The translations under genes were made by a program, and so were the position numbers. Positions 29,293 through 39,139 of a stretch of 61,603 nt of DNA are shown in pieces. Under the pieces are notes generated by a model that searched no databases, was not told where the DNA came from, and was given only the letters and a program-made list of their open reading frames with translations. This DNA is from Actinomycetota bacterium. GTDB taxonomy: Bacteria > Actinomycetota > Actinomycetes > JAKEEW01. The first letter of the stretch is position 1; each line of letters opens with the position of its first letter. Location of the stretch: contig JBKOZJ010000030.1 of NCBI GenBank assembly GCA_046725875.1, forward strand, positions 1 to 61,603, written 5' to 3'.

Positions 29293-30327
29293 GTGAAAAC
29301 CCAGCTTCAAGTTGGGATCGTCGGCTACGGCCTTGCCGGCCGGGTGTTCCACGGCCAACTGATCAAGGCCGAGCCCGGCATGCGGGTCGCCGCCGTGGTG
29401 ACCAGGGATCCCTACCGACGCTCTCAGGCGGCCGTCGAGCATCCCGGAGTGGTCGTACACGATCGTCTCGACGACTTGCTCGGCTCCGGCGGGCTCGACC
29501 TGGTGGTCGTCGCCTCGCCGACTGATGCACATGCACAGGGTGCGTTGGGGTGTGTCGCGGCGGGTGTTCCCGTCGTGGTGGACAAGCCGCTTGCCGTCGA
29601 CGCGACACGGGCGCGGGCTGTCGTGGAACGGGCGGTGCATGCGGGCGTTCCGTTGACCGTGTTCCAGAACCGGCGCTGGGACTCCGACGTTCTCACGCTC
29701 CGACGCCTCCTCGATGAGGGTGAAATCGGTGACGTACTGCGCTTCGAGTCACGGTTCGAGCGGTGGCGCCCCACCTTGACGCCTGGGAAACGATCCGAGG
29801 AGGTGGGACCGGGCAGCGGGATCCTGCTCGACCTTGGCAGCCACCTTGTGGATCAGGCAATCCACCTTTTCGGGCCGGTGCTGGAAATCTACGGGGAGGT
29901 GGCCGCGCGGCGGGACGGTGCCGATGACGACGTGTTCTGCTCGCTTTTGCATGGGTCCGGCGTCCGTAGCCACCTCTCGGTGACCGCACTGGCCGGCGCT
30001 CCGGGGCCACGCCTGCGCGTGCTCGGCATGCGCGGTGCGTACATAGTTCAGTTCCTCGATGGTCAGGAGGCCATGCTGCGCGCCGGGCGCGGACCGGCGG
30101 ATCCGATGTACGGGATCGAACCGGAGGAGCGGTGGGGTCGGCTTTACCGCGGCGACGAGGTACGGCCGGTCCCCACAGAGCGCGGCCGATGGGATCTCTT
30201 CTATGCCGGGGTGGTCTTGGCCCTGACCACCGGAACACCGATGCCGGTCGATCCATGGGACGCGGTACGCGCCCTTGAGGTGCTCGACCGCGTCCGCGTC
30301 GCCGCCTCGGCTGCCCAGGGGTGGTAG
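29293..30327 (+). CDS. Gfo/Idh/MocA-family oxidoreductase
   Basis: GYGLAG, VVVDKP, FQNRRWDSD, DLGSH. Confidence 0.93.
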   Translation: MKTQLQVGIVGYGLAGRVFHGQLIKAEPGMRVAAVVTRDPYRRSQAAVEHPGVVVHDRLDDLLGSGGLDLVVVASPTDAHAQGALGCVAAGVPVVVDKPLAVDATRARAVVERAVHAGVPLTVFQNRRWDSDVLTLRRLLDEGEIGDVLRFESRFERWRPTLTPGKRSEEVGPGSGILLDLGSHLVDQAIHLFGPVLEIYGEVAARRDGADDDVFCSLLHGSGVRSHLSVTALAGAPGPRLRVLGMRGAYIVQFLDGQEAMLRAGRGPADPMYGIEPEERWGRLYRGDEVRPVPTERGRWDLFYAGVVLALTTGTPMPVDPWDAVRALEVLDRVRVAASAAQGW

Positions 30328-30472
30328 CCGCGTGCGCCCCCGATGGCTGTCAACGGGCACGGCCAGCCGACCCAATCGAGGATTGGGCCAGCGTGTGAGG
30401 GGAAGGTTCGCACCGCTACTACGTTTGCTCGGCGAGGCAGATTGCTGCTGGCCGTCGTTCGGGAGGTGTCGA

Positions 30473-31324
30473 GTGGTCCGCATCGTCTTGCCCCGGGTGC
30501 GACGGCTGGCCGTCGTTTTGGCGATCGCAATTGGCGTCGTGGTGCCTATCGGGACGCCCGGTCCGGCGAGCGCGGCCGGTGGCTTGCCCGACTCCATGGC
30601 CGGCTTGGGAGATTCGATCACTCGCGGCTTCAACGCTTGCGGCTTCTTCCTCGACTGCACGAGCCGCTCGTGGAGCACCGGAAGCTACAGCTACGTCAAC
30701 AGCCACTATCGGCGCATCCTGGCAAGCAATCCGACGATCTACGGGCACAACCACAACGACGCCCTCGACGGCGCCCGGGCAGGTGATCTTGCCCGGCAGG
30801 CACAGAACGCTGTTAGCCAGCGGGTGGAATACGTGACGATCGAGATCGGCGCCAACGACGCATGCCGCTCGTCGGAGTCATCGATGACGCCCGCGTCGAC
30901 TTACCGTGCGCAGATTGACGCTGCACTGGCGACGCTTAAGCAGGGGCTGCCTGCCAACGCACGTGTATTCATCGCCAGTATCCCGGATCTCAAGCGCCTC
31001 TGGGCCATCGGGAAGGACAGCGCCGCCGCCCGCTTCGCATGGGACGCCTTCAACATCTGCCAGTCGATGTTGGCCAACCCGCTGTCAACCGCCTCGGCCG
31101 ACGTGGCTCGCCGGGACCGCGTCCAGCAGCGGGTCAAGGACTACAACAGCCAGCTCGCCCTGGCGTGCGCGGCATACGGGCCACGATGTGACTTCGACGA
31201 CAACGCCGTCTTCAACTACCGGTTCACACTGTCGCAGGTGAGCCGCTGGGACTACTTCCATCCCAACACCGAAGGCCAGCGAGTGGCCGCCGAGATCACC
31301 TGGAACGCCGGACCGTACGCGTGA
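30473..31324 (+). CDS. Secreted SGNH/GDSL hydrolase
   Basis: Signal peptide, GDSIT, GAND, DYFHP; GGGAGG RBS before GTG 30473. Confidence 0.9.
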   Translation: MVRIVLPRVRRLAVVLAIAIGVVVPIGTPGPASAAGGLPDSMAGLGDSITRGFNACGFFLDCTSRSWSTGSYSYVNSHYRRILASNPTIYGHNHNDALDGARAGDLARQAQNAVSQRVEYVTIEIGANDACRSSESSMTPASTYRAQIDAALATLKQGLPANARVFIASIPDLKRLWAIGKDSAAARFAWDAFNICQSMLANPLSTASADVARRDRVQQRVKDYNSQLALACAAYGPRCDFDDNAVFNYRFTLSQVSRWDYFHPNTEGQRVAAEITWNAGPYA

Positions 31325-31352
31325 TGACGCGTCAATGGGTGCGGCATGTGGC

Positions 31353-31820
31353 TTATGACTCGTCGAGGGCGTCCTGAAGCGATGCGGCGAGGTTCGCCAG
31401 CATTTCCTTGACCTCCGTCGCGGGCCGGCGGAGGTGTTGTCCCAGCGTGTGGTGGACCTCGGCAGCCTTGAGCCGAGCCTTTTCGTGCGTGTCAATGCCA
31501 GCCGCGGTTAGCTCTATCAGGCTGGATCGCCCGTCCTGGGCGTTTGTGACCCGGTGGGCGTGGCCCCGGCTGACCATCGTGCTCAAGTAGCCGGACAGCG
31601 TGGACGGTGGCATGCCGATCATTCGGGCGATCAGGCTTGGGGTCGTGCTTCCCTGTCGCCGCAGAATGCTGTAGATCCCGTACTCGACGGCTCGTAGTCC
31701 GGTCCCGCTCAGCGCGCGGTCTAGCAGCTGACCGGCGCGATCGCTGGTGACCATGATGTCGAACAGCAGCGACAGCTGGTGTTCCGGCCGCAGGCTTGGC
31801 TCGTCCCGCTGTGGTCCCAC
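31353..31820 (-). CDS. MarR-family transcriptional regulator
   Basis: TPSLIARMIGMPPSTLS HTH, DGRSSLIELT wing; start uncertain. Confidence 0.88.
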   Translation of the reverse strand: MGPQRDEPSLRPEHQLSLLFDIMVTSDRAGQLLDRALSGTGLRAVEYGIYSILRRQGSTTPSLIARMIGMPPSTLSGYLSTMVSRGHAHRVTNAQDGRSSLIELTAAGIDTHEKARLKAAEVHHTLGQHLRRPATEVKEMLANLAASLQDALDES

Positions 31821-31878
31821 CCTCGTAGTTTCCGCCCTCCCCGCGCATGCCACAGCGAATATGGGTTGCATAGAGAAC

Positions 31879-31916
31879 TAGTTCGAACTCGAAGCATATA
31901 CTTCTGGCTCGAAGTA
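31879..31916. promoter_or_regulatory. Tandem MarR operator candidates
   Basis: TAGTTC-N6-GAAGCA (31879) and perfect TACTTC-N6-GAAGTA (31899), 20-bp period, in the divergent gap. Confidence 0.6.
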
Positions 31917-31950
31917 GTTCGGGATGTGGCAGTGGCGGAGGAGAGCTTCG

Positions 31951-32718
31951 GTGGGCGACGAGAAGCATCGGATCGCAAGTGTCCTGGGAACCCTGCTCCT
32001 CACCAGCGTCCTGCTAGCCTGCGACGACGCGACGACCTCATCGGCCCGACCCCGTCCGACCCAGACCCACTCCACTTCAGCAGCGCACGACCCCCAGCGC
32101 CCAGCCTGCCTGGATCCCGGCGAAGGCAGGATCGTCACTCGTGCCACCTCAGACGGAGAGCAGACGCGGATCCTGCTGCTTGGTACCGGTTCTCGTGGAG
32201 TGGTCCTCGCGCCGCAAACCAATGGCGGCATTTGCCAGTGGCTGTTCCTCGCCCGGTACCTGGCCGCGCAAGGGTATCGCACGGCCGCGCTGGATTATTG
32301 GTCCGATCAGTACGACCAGGACATGGCCAACGCCGTCAAGGTGGTACGCCGGGCGGGCGCTGTTCGGGTAGCGCTGGTGGGCGCTTCCCGTGGAGCGATC
32401 GTCGCCCTCGGGTCAGCACACACCTATCGTCCGCCGATCGCCGGCATCGTGTCGGTGGGCGCTGCTCCATCGGCGACCGACGGCTACTCCACGGTTGCCT
32501 CACTTGCCACCTACCGAGGTCCTTTGCTGCTGATGAGCAGCCGAGACGAGAGCTTCGCACCAGTGTCGGTGACCCGCCGCATCGCCGGCGCGCACCCCGG
32601 CGCGGAACAGGTGGCGATTTGGCCTGGTACTGATCATGGTGTGAGCCTTGTCCTAGGCTCACACCAACGACAGGTCATCAGCACCATAGAGCGGTTTCTA
32701 GAGCGAGTGCTCAATTGA
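31951..32718 (+). CDS. Alpha/beta-hydrolase lipoprotein
   Basis: Lipobox LLAC, nucleophile GASRG, SRDE, HG. Confidence 0.8.
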   Translation: MGDEKHRIASVLGTLLLTSVLLACDDATTSSARPRPTQTHSTSAAHDPQRPACLDPGEGRIVTRATSDGEQTRILLLGTGSRGVVLAPQTNGGICQWLFLARYLAAQGYRTAALDYWSDQYDQDMANAVKVVRRAGAVRVALVGASRGAIVALGSAHTYRPPIAGIVSVGAAPSATDGYSTVASLATYRGPLLLMSSRDESFAPVSVTRRIAGAHPGAEQVAIWPGTDHGVSLVLGSHQRQVISTIERFLERVLN

Positions 32719-32839
32719 GGGACGGCTCGCGTCGGTCCTCAGCGGCCTGGTGTGTCCGTGGCCACAACCGGCAGCCGAAATCTTCGGCGCCCAGTCGGGG
32801 TGAGACCCTGAGGTTCGGCACCCCCGGCGCGGTACGTAC

Positions 32840-32975
32840 GTACCTCTTGCAGCGGCCGCTACTCCACCCACCAGCGTCCTTCCAGCGGGGGCGGGTCGCC
32901 GCCGACGAGCGGCGCGGCGACCGCGTACAGCGCTTGGATAGCCGCCAGATGCTCGGCGCCGCCCGACTCGCCCAT
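32840..32975 (-). pseudogene. Fragment resembling a GyrI-like small-molecule-binding protein
   Basis: GESGGAEHLAAIQALYAVAAPLVGGDPPPLEGRWWVE*RPLQEV; the ALYAVA...PLEGxWW motif is interrupted by a stop. Confidence 0.4.
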
Positions 32976-33069
32976 CTCGTTTTGGTGAGCACAGGGAGAG
33001 GCCCAGCAAGGGTGCCGGGTTACTGGAGGCACTCCGATCGATCCGCATCGGCGAGTCGATCAACTTGGA

Positions 33070-33987
33070 CTAGCTCGCCTCCGCGCCTTCTCCTGATGTC
33101 CCGCCCGGGACGACCACCTGGATCACCCGCTCTTCAGTGCCGCGGGTCACTCTCAGCTCCAACGCACCGTTGCGGGCCGACTCGAGCGCGTCGAACAAGT
33201 CGTCGATCTCGCGGGCCGCACGGCCGGCTGCCTGGGTGATCAGATCCCCTTTAGCGAGACCGGCCACCGCGGCTGGGCTGCCCTGCTCAACCTCGCGAAT
33301 GAGCAGACCGTCCACCTCGGGCAGGCCAACCGCCCGTCGCAGCCGCCTCGCTACATGCGCGGGAGCGATTCCGATCCCGAGACGTGGCTGCGCCGCGGAC
33401 TCGCCACGAGCAAGTGCGTCGACTCGTTCGCGGAGTGCTTGGTCGGCCGGGATGGCGAGGTAGAAGCCCTCGCCGCGGCGGTTCGTGTTGATCCCCAGTA
33501 GCCGGCCTTCCGCGTCCACAATTGGGCCGCCCGACGAGCCGGGCAGAAGCAGCGCCGTGTGCTCGATGCTTCCGGTGATCCGGCGGCCGCGAGGACCGCG
33601 GAAGGTCCGCTCGACGCTGGACACGAACCCCTGAGTCACGCGTAGGCCCCGCCCGCCCGGGTTGGCGAGCGCGAACACCGGTGTCCCGATGCCGACCGGC
33701 GTCTCGGTCGACCACCGCATGGCCCGGGCCGTGCCGGTGTCCACCTCCACCACGGCCAGATCCCCGTCCAAGTCGAACCCGACGACCCGGCCTTCTGCCG
33801 TGCGACCGTCGGCGAATGTGACAGTCGCCTGCTCGGCTCGTACGTTGTGCGCGTTGGTCAGTACTCGTCCGCTGCTGACCACCACGCCGGAGCCAACCCC
33901 CCACCGCTGTCCGAGGCCGACGACGGAGGGACCGGCATCCCTGGCCACCCGGCCGATCGCCTCTTGGATGTCTTCGAGAACTCCCAT
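33070..33987 (-). CDS. S1C (HtrA-like) serine protease with PDZ domain, no signal/TM
   Basis: TNAH, DLAV, PGSSGGP triad; C-terminal PDZ (GSPAAVAGLAKGDLI). Confidence 0.92.
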   Translation of the reverse strand: MGVLEDIQEAIGRVARDAGPSVVGLGQRWGVGSGVVVSSGRVLTNAHNVRAEQATVTFADGRTAEGRVVGFDLDGDLAVVEVDTGTARAMRWSTETPVGIGTPVFALANPGGRGLRVTQGFVSSVERTFRGPRGRRITGSIEHTALLLPGSSGGPIVDAEGRLLGINTNRRGEGFYLAIPADQALRERVDALARGESAAQPRLGIGIAPAHVARRLRRAVGLPEVDGLLIREVEQGSPAAVAGLAKGDLITQAAGRAAREIDDLFDALESARNGALELRVTRGTEERVIQVVVPGGTSGEGAEAS

Positions 33988-34004
33988 GGCGCACCTCCAC
34001 CTGA

Positions 34005-34026
34005 GTAGTAACTTGCAAGTTACTAC
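34005..34026. promoter_or_regulatory. Perfect 22-bp palindrome, likely HxlR operator
   Basis: GTAGTAACTTGCAAGTTACTAC between the divergent protease and HxlR genes. Confidence 0.75.
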
Positions 34027-34064
34027 CTACGCGCCAAATGTCAACAGCGGATACGATCAGCTAA

Positions 34065-34496
34065 GTGACCGAACGAGAGCGCCCTACTTCTCCGCTCGCC
34101 CAGGCGCTGGCGCGGGTCGGCGACCGATGGACACTTCTCGTGGTCGAGGCACTACTAATGGGCCCGCGACGATTCAACGATCTCCTCGACGAGGTCTCCG
34201 GGATCGCGCCGAACATCCTTTCCGAGCGCCTCAAGCGGCTGGAGCGGGACGCGCTGGTGATAGCCCGGCGCTACTCGGACCGGCCCCCTCGCCATGACTA
34301 TGAACTCACCGGTGAGGGCAGAGAGCTTGCCGGAGCGCTCCGCCTGTTGGCGCACTGGGCAAGCGGACATGCCGACTCGACCGAGGCCCCCCGACACGAC
34401 GCATGCGACACGCTGCTCGAAGCGAGATGGTATTGCCCCACCTGCGACCACCTCGTCGACGACCATTCCCCCCACCTCGAGCTGCGTTTCGTGTGA
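34065..34496 (+). CDS. HxlR-family winged-helix regulator with C-terminal H/C metal motif
   Basis: VGDRWTLLVV, RRFNDL, LSERLKRLE, YELT; HDAC...CPTC tail. Confidence 0.9.
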   Translation: MTERERPTSPLAQALARVGDRWTLLVVEALLMGPRRFNDLLDEVSGIAPNILSERLKRLERDALVIARRYSDRPPRHDYELTGEGRELAGALRLLAHWASGHADSTEAPRHDACDTLLEARWYCPTCDHLVDDHSPHLELRFV

Positions 34497-34729
34497 TGAG
34501 GCCTCCGGATCAGCTAGCTCCAGGTCGGGCGGCGGGGGAAGCCCCAGTAGATGATCGAGCTGCCACCCAAGCGGCCGGAGGTCGTAGCACGGCCCGCACG
34601 TAGGCCCGCCGTGGGCATACATCATGCTTCACCCACTGGACTCCGGCGCAAGCGGACGAACGAACCCGCATTGCCTAATGGAGGACGCGCGGCGGTGCCG
34701 CCATTCCTCGGTCGCGCATACTCTGACGG

Positions 34730-35623
34730 GTGGTCTACGATCCGCCGCCCGTGCGGCTGCTCATGGTCCCCTACGACTCGGGACAGCACGATGTGCGGAT
34801 GGGGGCTGGTCCCACGGCGCTCGGACGGGCCGGAGCGGCCCAGCTGCTTCGCGGACAGGGACACGTTGTCGAGGAGCGGCTGCTCGGTCCGTCGTCATCG
34901 TGGCGGGCGGAGGTCGAGACCGCCTTCGAAATCCAGCGGCTCGTCGCCGCCGAGGTCATGGCCGCTCGCGCTGCTCGACACGTGCCCATCCTGCTGTCCG
35001 GCAACTGCAATACAAGCCTCGGCGTGCTGGCCGGAATGACCGTTGAGGAGTCACGTCTCGGTTTGGTGTGGCTGGATGCACATGGGGACTTCAATACCCC
35101 CGACATCGATGCCGGCGGATTTCTGGATGGACACGCACTGGCGATGATTGTGGGTCGCTGCTGGCAGGCTGTCACCTCCACGGTTCCCGGCTTCCGCCCA
35201 CTGCCGGAAAATCGAGTCGCCCTGATCGGCGCCCGCAGCCTGGACAAGGCGGAGGAGCCAGCCCTACGTGACTCGCTCATCGCCTGGCTGCCGCCAGCCG
35301 ACGCCAGGGACGCCGGAGCGGTCTCGCACACAGCCGGCAACCTGACCGGCAAGGTCGACCGAGTGCACATCCACGTCGACCTGGACGTGCTTGACCCCGC
35401 GATAGCCCCCGCCAATGGCTACGCGGTACCGGATGGGCTGTCCGCCGAGGAGATCCATCAGGTCGTTCACCGGGTCGCCGAGAAGATTCCAATCTGCTCC
35501 GCCACCTTGGCCTCCTACGATCCCGGCTACGACCCCCACGGACGGATGGAACGCACCGCCCTCGAGCTCCTTCTGCTACTCGCTCGCCAGGCCCAGCCGA
35601 CGTCAACGCTCGTGGCGGGGTGA
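34730..35623 (+). CDS. Arginase/ureohydrolase-family protein
   Basis: DAHGDFNTP, IGARSLD, HVDLDVLDP; GGDH replaced by SGNC. Confidence 0.9.
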   Translation: MVYDPPPVRLLMVPYDSGQHDVRMGAGPTALGRAGAAQLLRGQGHVVEERLLGPSSSWRAEVETAFEIQRLVAAEVMAARAARHVPILLSGNCNTSLGVLAGMTVEESRLGLVWLDAHGDFNTPDIDAGGFLDGHALAMIVGRCWQAVTSTVPGFRPLPENRVALIGARSLDKAEEPALRDSLIAWLPPADARDAGAVSHTAGNLTGKVDRVHIHVDLDVLDPAIAPANGYAVPDGLSAEEIHQVVHRVAEKIPICSATLASYDPGYDPHGRMERTALELLLLLARQAQPTSTLVAG

Positions 35624-35634
35624 CGCGACGAGTA

Positions 35635-35667
35635 CGGCTACGCGCGCACACGTTGCTGGCGTAGCCG
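35635..35667. terminator. Hairpin between convergent genes
   Basis: CGGCTACGC / GCGTAGCCG 9-bp stem; no U-tract. Confidence 0.35.
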
Positions 35668-35739
35668 ACATACGTAACCAACGGACGGGCGCAGGGGCGA
35701 CCGCCGAGTCACCTGCAGTTGCCCGCCTCGTTAGCGTGG

Positions 35740-36408
35740 TTAGCCGGCGGTCGTCCTGCTTTCTCGAGGTCCTTTGACGGCGTAGTCCTCGAGGCCATGG
35801 GCGAGTGTGGCGAGCGCCTGTTTCGTCTGCACATCGACCTCGCGTGCGAGCCGCACCCCCCGGGCGCCGGCTAGTGTCCGGCGGCGCACGTAGTCAAGCA
35901 CCGCTCGGTGAACGCCCATGAGCGCGTTGGCGGCAACCCAGGGCTGGACGTCGTCGGCCCCGACTCCGGTTTCCTCGGCGAGTAGGGCAGCAAGCGCGGC
36001 CGTGTAGCGCGCGAACACCTGCTGCTCTCGGGCCAGCAGGGACGGGCTCCTGGTGATCACGCGGGTAATCGTCTTCAGTTCCCCCGTTGCCGTCCGCTCC
36101 GCGAGCACCCCGTACGTAGCCTCCATGAACTCGGCGAAGGCTCCGAGCGCGGACTGACCGGGCCGGCGCTCGCGGACGGCCCCGAGCAGCTTCTCCTCGA
36201 ACGCCTCCATACCGCTGTAGACCAAGTCTTCCTTCGTCGGAAAGTAGTTGTAGACGGTCTTCTCGGCGACGTCAGCCGCGCGAGCGATCTCGACGACCGA
36301 GACCCCATCGAACCCACGCTCGACGAACAATCGCCGTGCGGTCTCGGCGATCAGCTGCCTGGTCTTCTCCTTTTTGCGTTCACGGAGCCCCACGTGCTCG
36401 ACGGACAC
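35740..36408 (-). CDS. TetR-family transcriptional regulator
   Basis: GLRERKKEKTRQLIAETARRLFVERGFDGVSVVEIARAADVAEKTVYNYFPTKEDL. Confidence 0.95.
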   Translation of the reverse strand: MSVEHVGLRERKKEKTRQLIAETARRLFVERGFDGVSVVEIARAADVAEKTVYNYFPTKEDLVYSGMEAFEEKLLGAVRERRPGQSALGAFAEFMEATYGVLAERTATGELKTITRVITRSPSLLAREQQVFARYTAALAALLAEETGVGADDVQPWVAANALMGVHRAVLDYVRRRTLAGARGVRLAREVDVQTKQALATLAHGLEDYAVKGPRESRTTAG

Positions 36409-36519
36409 CTCTCACCTCTCCCCCTCTATGCAGTGGCTGCAAACTTACCGTCCAGTGGAGGCGTAAAGGCGCCGGCCTGGTCATCCCGCGCGGACCGCAT
36501 AAGAACCGAATCCGCCTGC

Positions 36520-36690
36520 AGGTCGAGCGAGCGCCTCCTTTGTACGGAAGCAGTCGAACACCATCTTCTCCGAGACCGCCGCTTCACGCGCGATCTCGCT
36601 GACTGTCACTTTGTCGAAAGCCGCGTTCCGCGAACAGCTGTAGATCGGTCTCCGCAACCTGGCGCGTTCGCTGCTTCTTACGCTGCCCCA
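36520..36690 (-). pseudogene. Frameshifted, truncated TetR remnant
   Basis: QRKKQRTRQVAETDLQLFAERGF, then a one-base frameshift to DKVTVSEIAREAAVSEKMVFDCFRTKEAL; no C-terminal domain. Confidence 0.75.
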
Positions 36691-36802
36691 GCCCGTTGGC
36701 CCGAGCACGAGCAGCGTATAGTGGCTAGAAGTTTACTGGGGCCGTTGGTTAGCAAAGCCGAAACGCGTCGCCGCAGGGACCCTGACGGAAAGGATAAAGC
36801 CG

Positions 36803-37702
36803 ATGACTGAGGCAAGGGCACTGGTCACTGGCGGGACGGCAGGCATTGGCCTCGAAATCGCAGGTGCACTCGCGAAGCGCGGCATGCAGGTCGTTGTAAC
36901 CGGACGTAGCGAGCAGCATGGAGCCGCGGCGGTGACCGAATTGCGCCGGCGGGCCGGACACGACAGCGTCGAGTTCATCGCGGTCGACCACCTGACGGTC
37001 GGCGGCAACCAGGGCCTCGCCGCGCGCCTCGATCAGCGCCTCGATCGGCTCGACGTCCTCGTGAACAACGTTGGACGCGTGTTCTCACATCGGGAGCAAA
37101 CCGAGGACGGCTTCGAGGCGTCGCTCGCGCTGAACTTTCTCGGCCCGTACGCGCTTACCGACGGGCTTCGCCGGCTGCTCCTCTCGAGCGGACCGGCGCG
37201 CGTAGTGAATATGAACTCAACCGCTTTCAAGATGTGGAAAGGTGATCCGCTGCGTGATCTGCAGTTGGAGGAGCGCTATGTCGGAATCCGAGCGCACGCG
37301 CGTGCGAAGCTGCTCAATTTGATCTGGACTGTCGCACTCGCGCGCGAGCTCGAGGACAGCGGAGTGACAGTGAACGCCGTCAACCCGGGCGCGGCCTGGA
37401 CACCGGGGACGGCTGCGCTCACGCCGGAGGCCGTGCCTTTCTGGCGGCCCATCTGGCCGATCGTCCGCTTCTTCCAGCGACGCCAACCGGCGGCGAAGGC
37501 AGCGCGCGGCCCGATCTGGCTGGCTACAGAATCGGCTACCCCGTTGCCGAGCGGGGCATTCTTCGAGAAGAACCGACCGCAGTCACTCCCCGACGTCGCC
37601 CGTCGGCGCGACCAGCAAGAGAAGGTCCTCGACACAGCGGCAGAACTGGTTCGCGGTGCACCAAGTGCAATCCCGTCCGCCGCTGGAGGGCCGCCGCATT
37701 AA
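36803..37702 (+). CDS. SDR-family oxidoreductase (retinol-DH/WWOX-like subgroup)
   Basis: TGGTAGIG, LVNNVG, VNPG; catalytic YxxxK appears as HARAK. Confidence 0.9.
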   Translation: MTEARALVTGGTAGIGLEIAGALAKRGMQVVVTGRSEQHGAAAVTELRRRAGHDSVEFIAVDHLTVGGNQGLAARLDQRLDRLDVLVNNVGRVFSHREQTEDGFEASLALNFLGPYALTDGLRRLLLSSGPARVVNMNSTAFKMWKGDPLRDLQLEERYVGIRAHARAKLLNLIWTVALARELEDSGVTVNAVNPGAAWTPGTAALTPEAVPFWRPIWPIVRFFQRRQPAAKAARGPIWLATESATPLPSGAFFEKNRPQSLPDVARRRDQQEKVLDTAAELVRGAPSAIPSAAGGPPH

Positions 37703-38062
37703 AGGCGCAACCGCCGCTGGGGAACGCCGCATTGGAACCTAACGACGGCCCATCGGTCACCATGATGCGGCGGCCTGGCCGCGCAGCCGTCTGGCGTCCG
37801 GCCAGGACGGAAGGCTAGGCGGCTCCTCGGCAGAGATGCTGCGGGTGGGCCGGCACGCTCGGCGGGCCGGCGCACTCGGCGTACTGGCTCGTTGTCAGCG
37901 TCCCGTGCGGGGTCTAGTGTCCACTTCGAAGCGCCGGACACGACGGGCATTCGTCCCGGCGGCTGGCACGAACGGGAGTGGGGGAAGACGCCGGCGCACG
38001 GGGGCGAGCCGTTCGGCCATGGTGGCTTGCTCGCGCCGATGCTCAATTGGGGGAGGCTTGAA

Positions 38063-38641
38063 ATGCGTCAACACATGGCAGTGTTTGCTGCGGCCCTGGC
38101 TTTGGCCCTTGGAGGCTCGCTCGCAAACGCGACGGGAGCGGCTGCGAGCCCGCCTTCAAGCGAACGGCCCGGCCTGACCACTCAGTGGCACAGGCTGAAT
38201 CCAGATCAGTCGAATCCCGCACCGGAGCACGAGCGCTTGACATGTCTCCAGGGGCGAGGGTGGACCTGCCACTACGACAAAGTGCCTCAGCCGGACCTGA
38301 ACTTCCACTGGGACACCACCGAGGGCGACTTCCACGGAGCAGATATAACGATCTCCTGGACCTGCCCCGACTGGTTCCCAGCCGACATCTGCCAAGACGT
38401 CACACAGGTCGCCCGAGGTACCGTCGTGTTCCGGCAGGCTGATGGCTCCACGTTTGCCGCACAGCAGGAGTTGATCGTCACTGACCAGGCCGGATCCCAG
38501 ACGCTCTGGGTCCATTTCGTCAGGTTTGGCCTCGCTTGTCCGTGGTTCCCGACCTTCGACGAGGCGCTGGACGCGAATCCCTTCCCGCTTCCGTTCAACG
38601 GAGAGGACTGGCCGGAAGGCGACTGCCTGTTCGCCACTTGA
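38063..38641 (+). CDS. Secreted hypothetical protein with six Cys
   Basis: GGAGG RBS, signal peptide MRQHMAVFAAALALALGGSLANA; no family recognised. Confidence 0.7.
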   Translation: MRQHMAVFAAALALALGGSLANATGAAASPPSSERPGLTTQWHRLNPDQSNPAPEHERLTCLQGRGWTCHYDKVPQPDLNFHWDTTEGDFHGADITISWTCPDWFPADICQDVTQVARGTVVFRQADGSTFAAQQELIVTDQAGSQTLWVHFVRFGLACPWFPTFDEALDANPFPLPFNGEDWPEGDCLFAT

Positions 38642-38673
38642 GCTGGTGAGTACGAAGGCTCTACCGCACCGAG

Positions 38674-39135
38674 TTATTCGGCAGCGCGGTCGATTTCCGC
38701 GCGGGCGGTGAGAAGATCAAGAACCAGAGCGAGGGCCGGCCAGGCCGCGCGGCCACGCCGGACAAGGGCGTACGACCGCAAGGTCGCGTCCGGGTTGACC
38801 AGACGGAGCAGGCGAATGTCGCGCAACGTGGGTTGGTCGGCCGGCAGCAGCGCGATCCCCAGACCAGCGACTATCAGTCTTGGACGAGTTCGAGGCTATC
38901 GGCGCGGTGGGTGATGCGCGGTTCGTAGCCCGCCATCGAGGCGATGGTGCGTACGACGTCCTCATCGGCGGATCGTCACCGCGTGATCAGCGAGCCGCCG
39001 TCCTGCCGGAGTCAGCCGCACTCGTCGGCCGTAAGGCTCGATCAGAGCGACGCCGACCTCACTGGCCAGCGCAGCGATCTGCTGCGACACCGTCGATGTC
39101 GTGATCCCCAGCTCATCAGCGACCTCGCGCATCGA
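38674..39135 (-). pseudogene. LysR-family regulator pseudogene
   Basis: [58 protein letters not shown] is joined out of frame to the C-terminal ADEDVVRTIASMAGYEPRITHRADSLELVQD, with a second frameshift to LIVAGLGIALLP...; the N-terminus and central part are missing. Confidence 0.85.
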
Positions 39136-39139
39136 GGGT

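Noticed and set aside
34500..34730. Possible small ORF MMYAHGGPTCGPCYDL... on the minus strand
   Set aside because: It runs antisense into hxlR and no family was recognised; not supportable.
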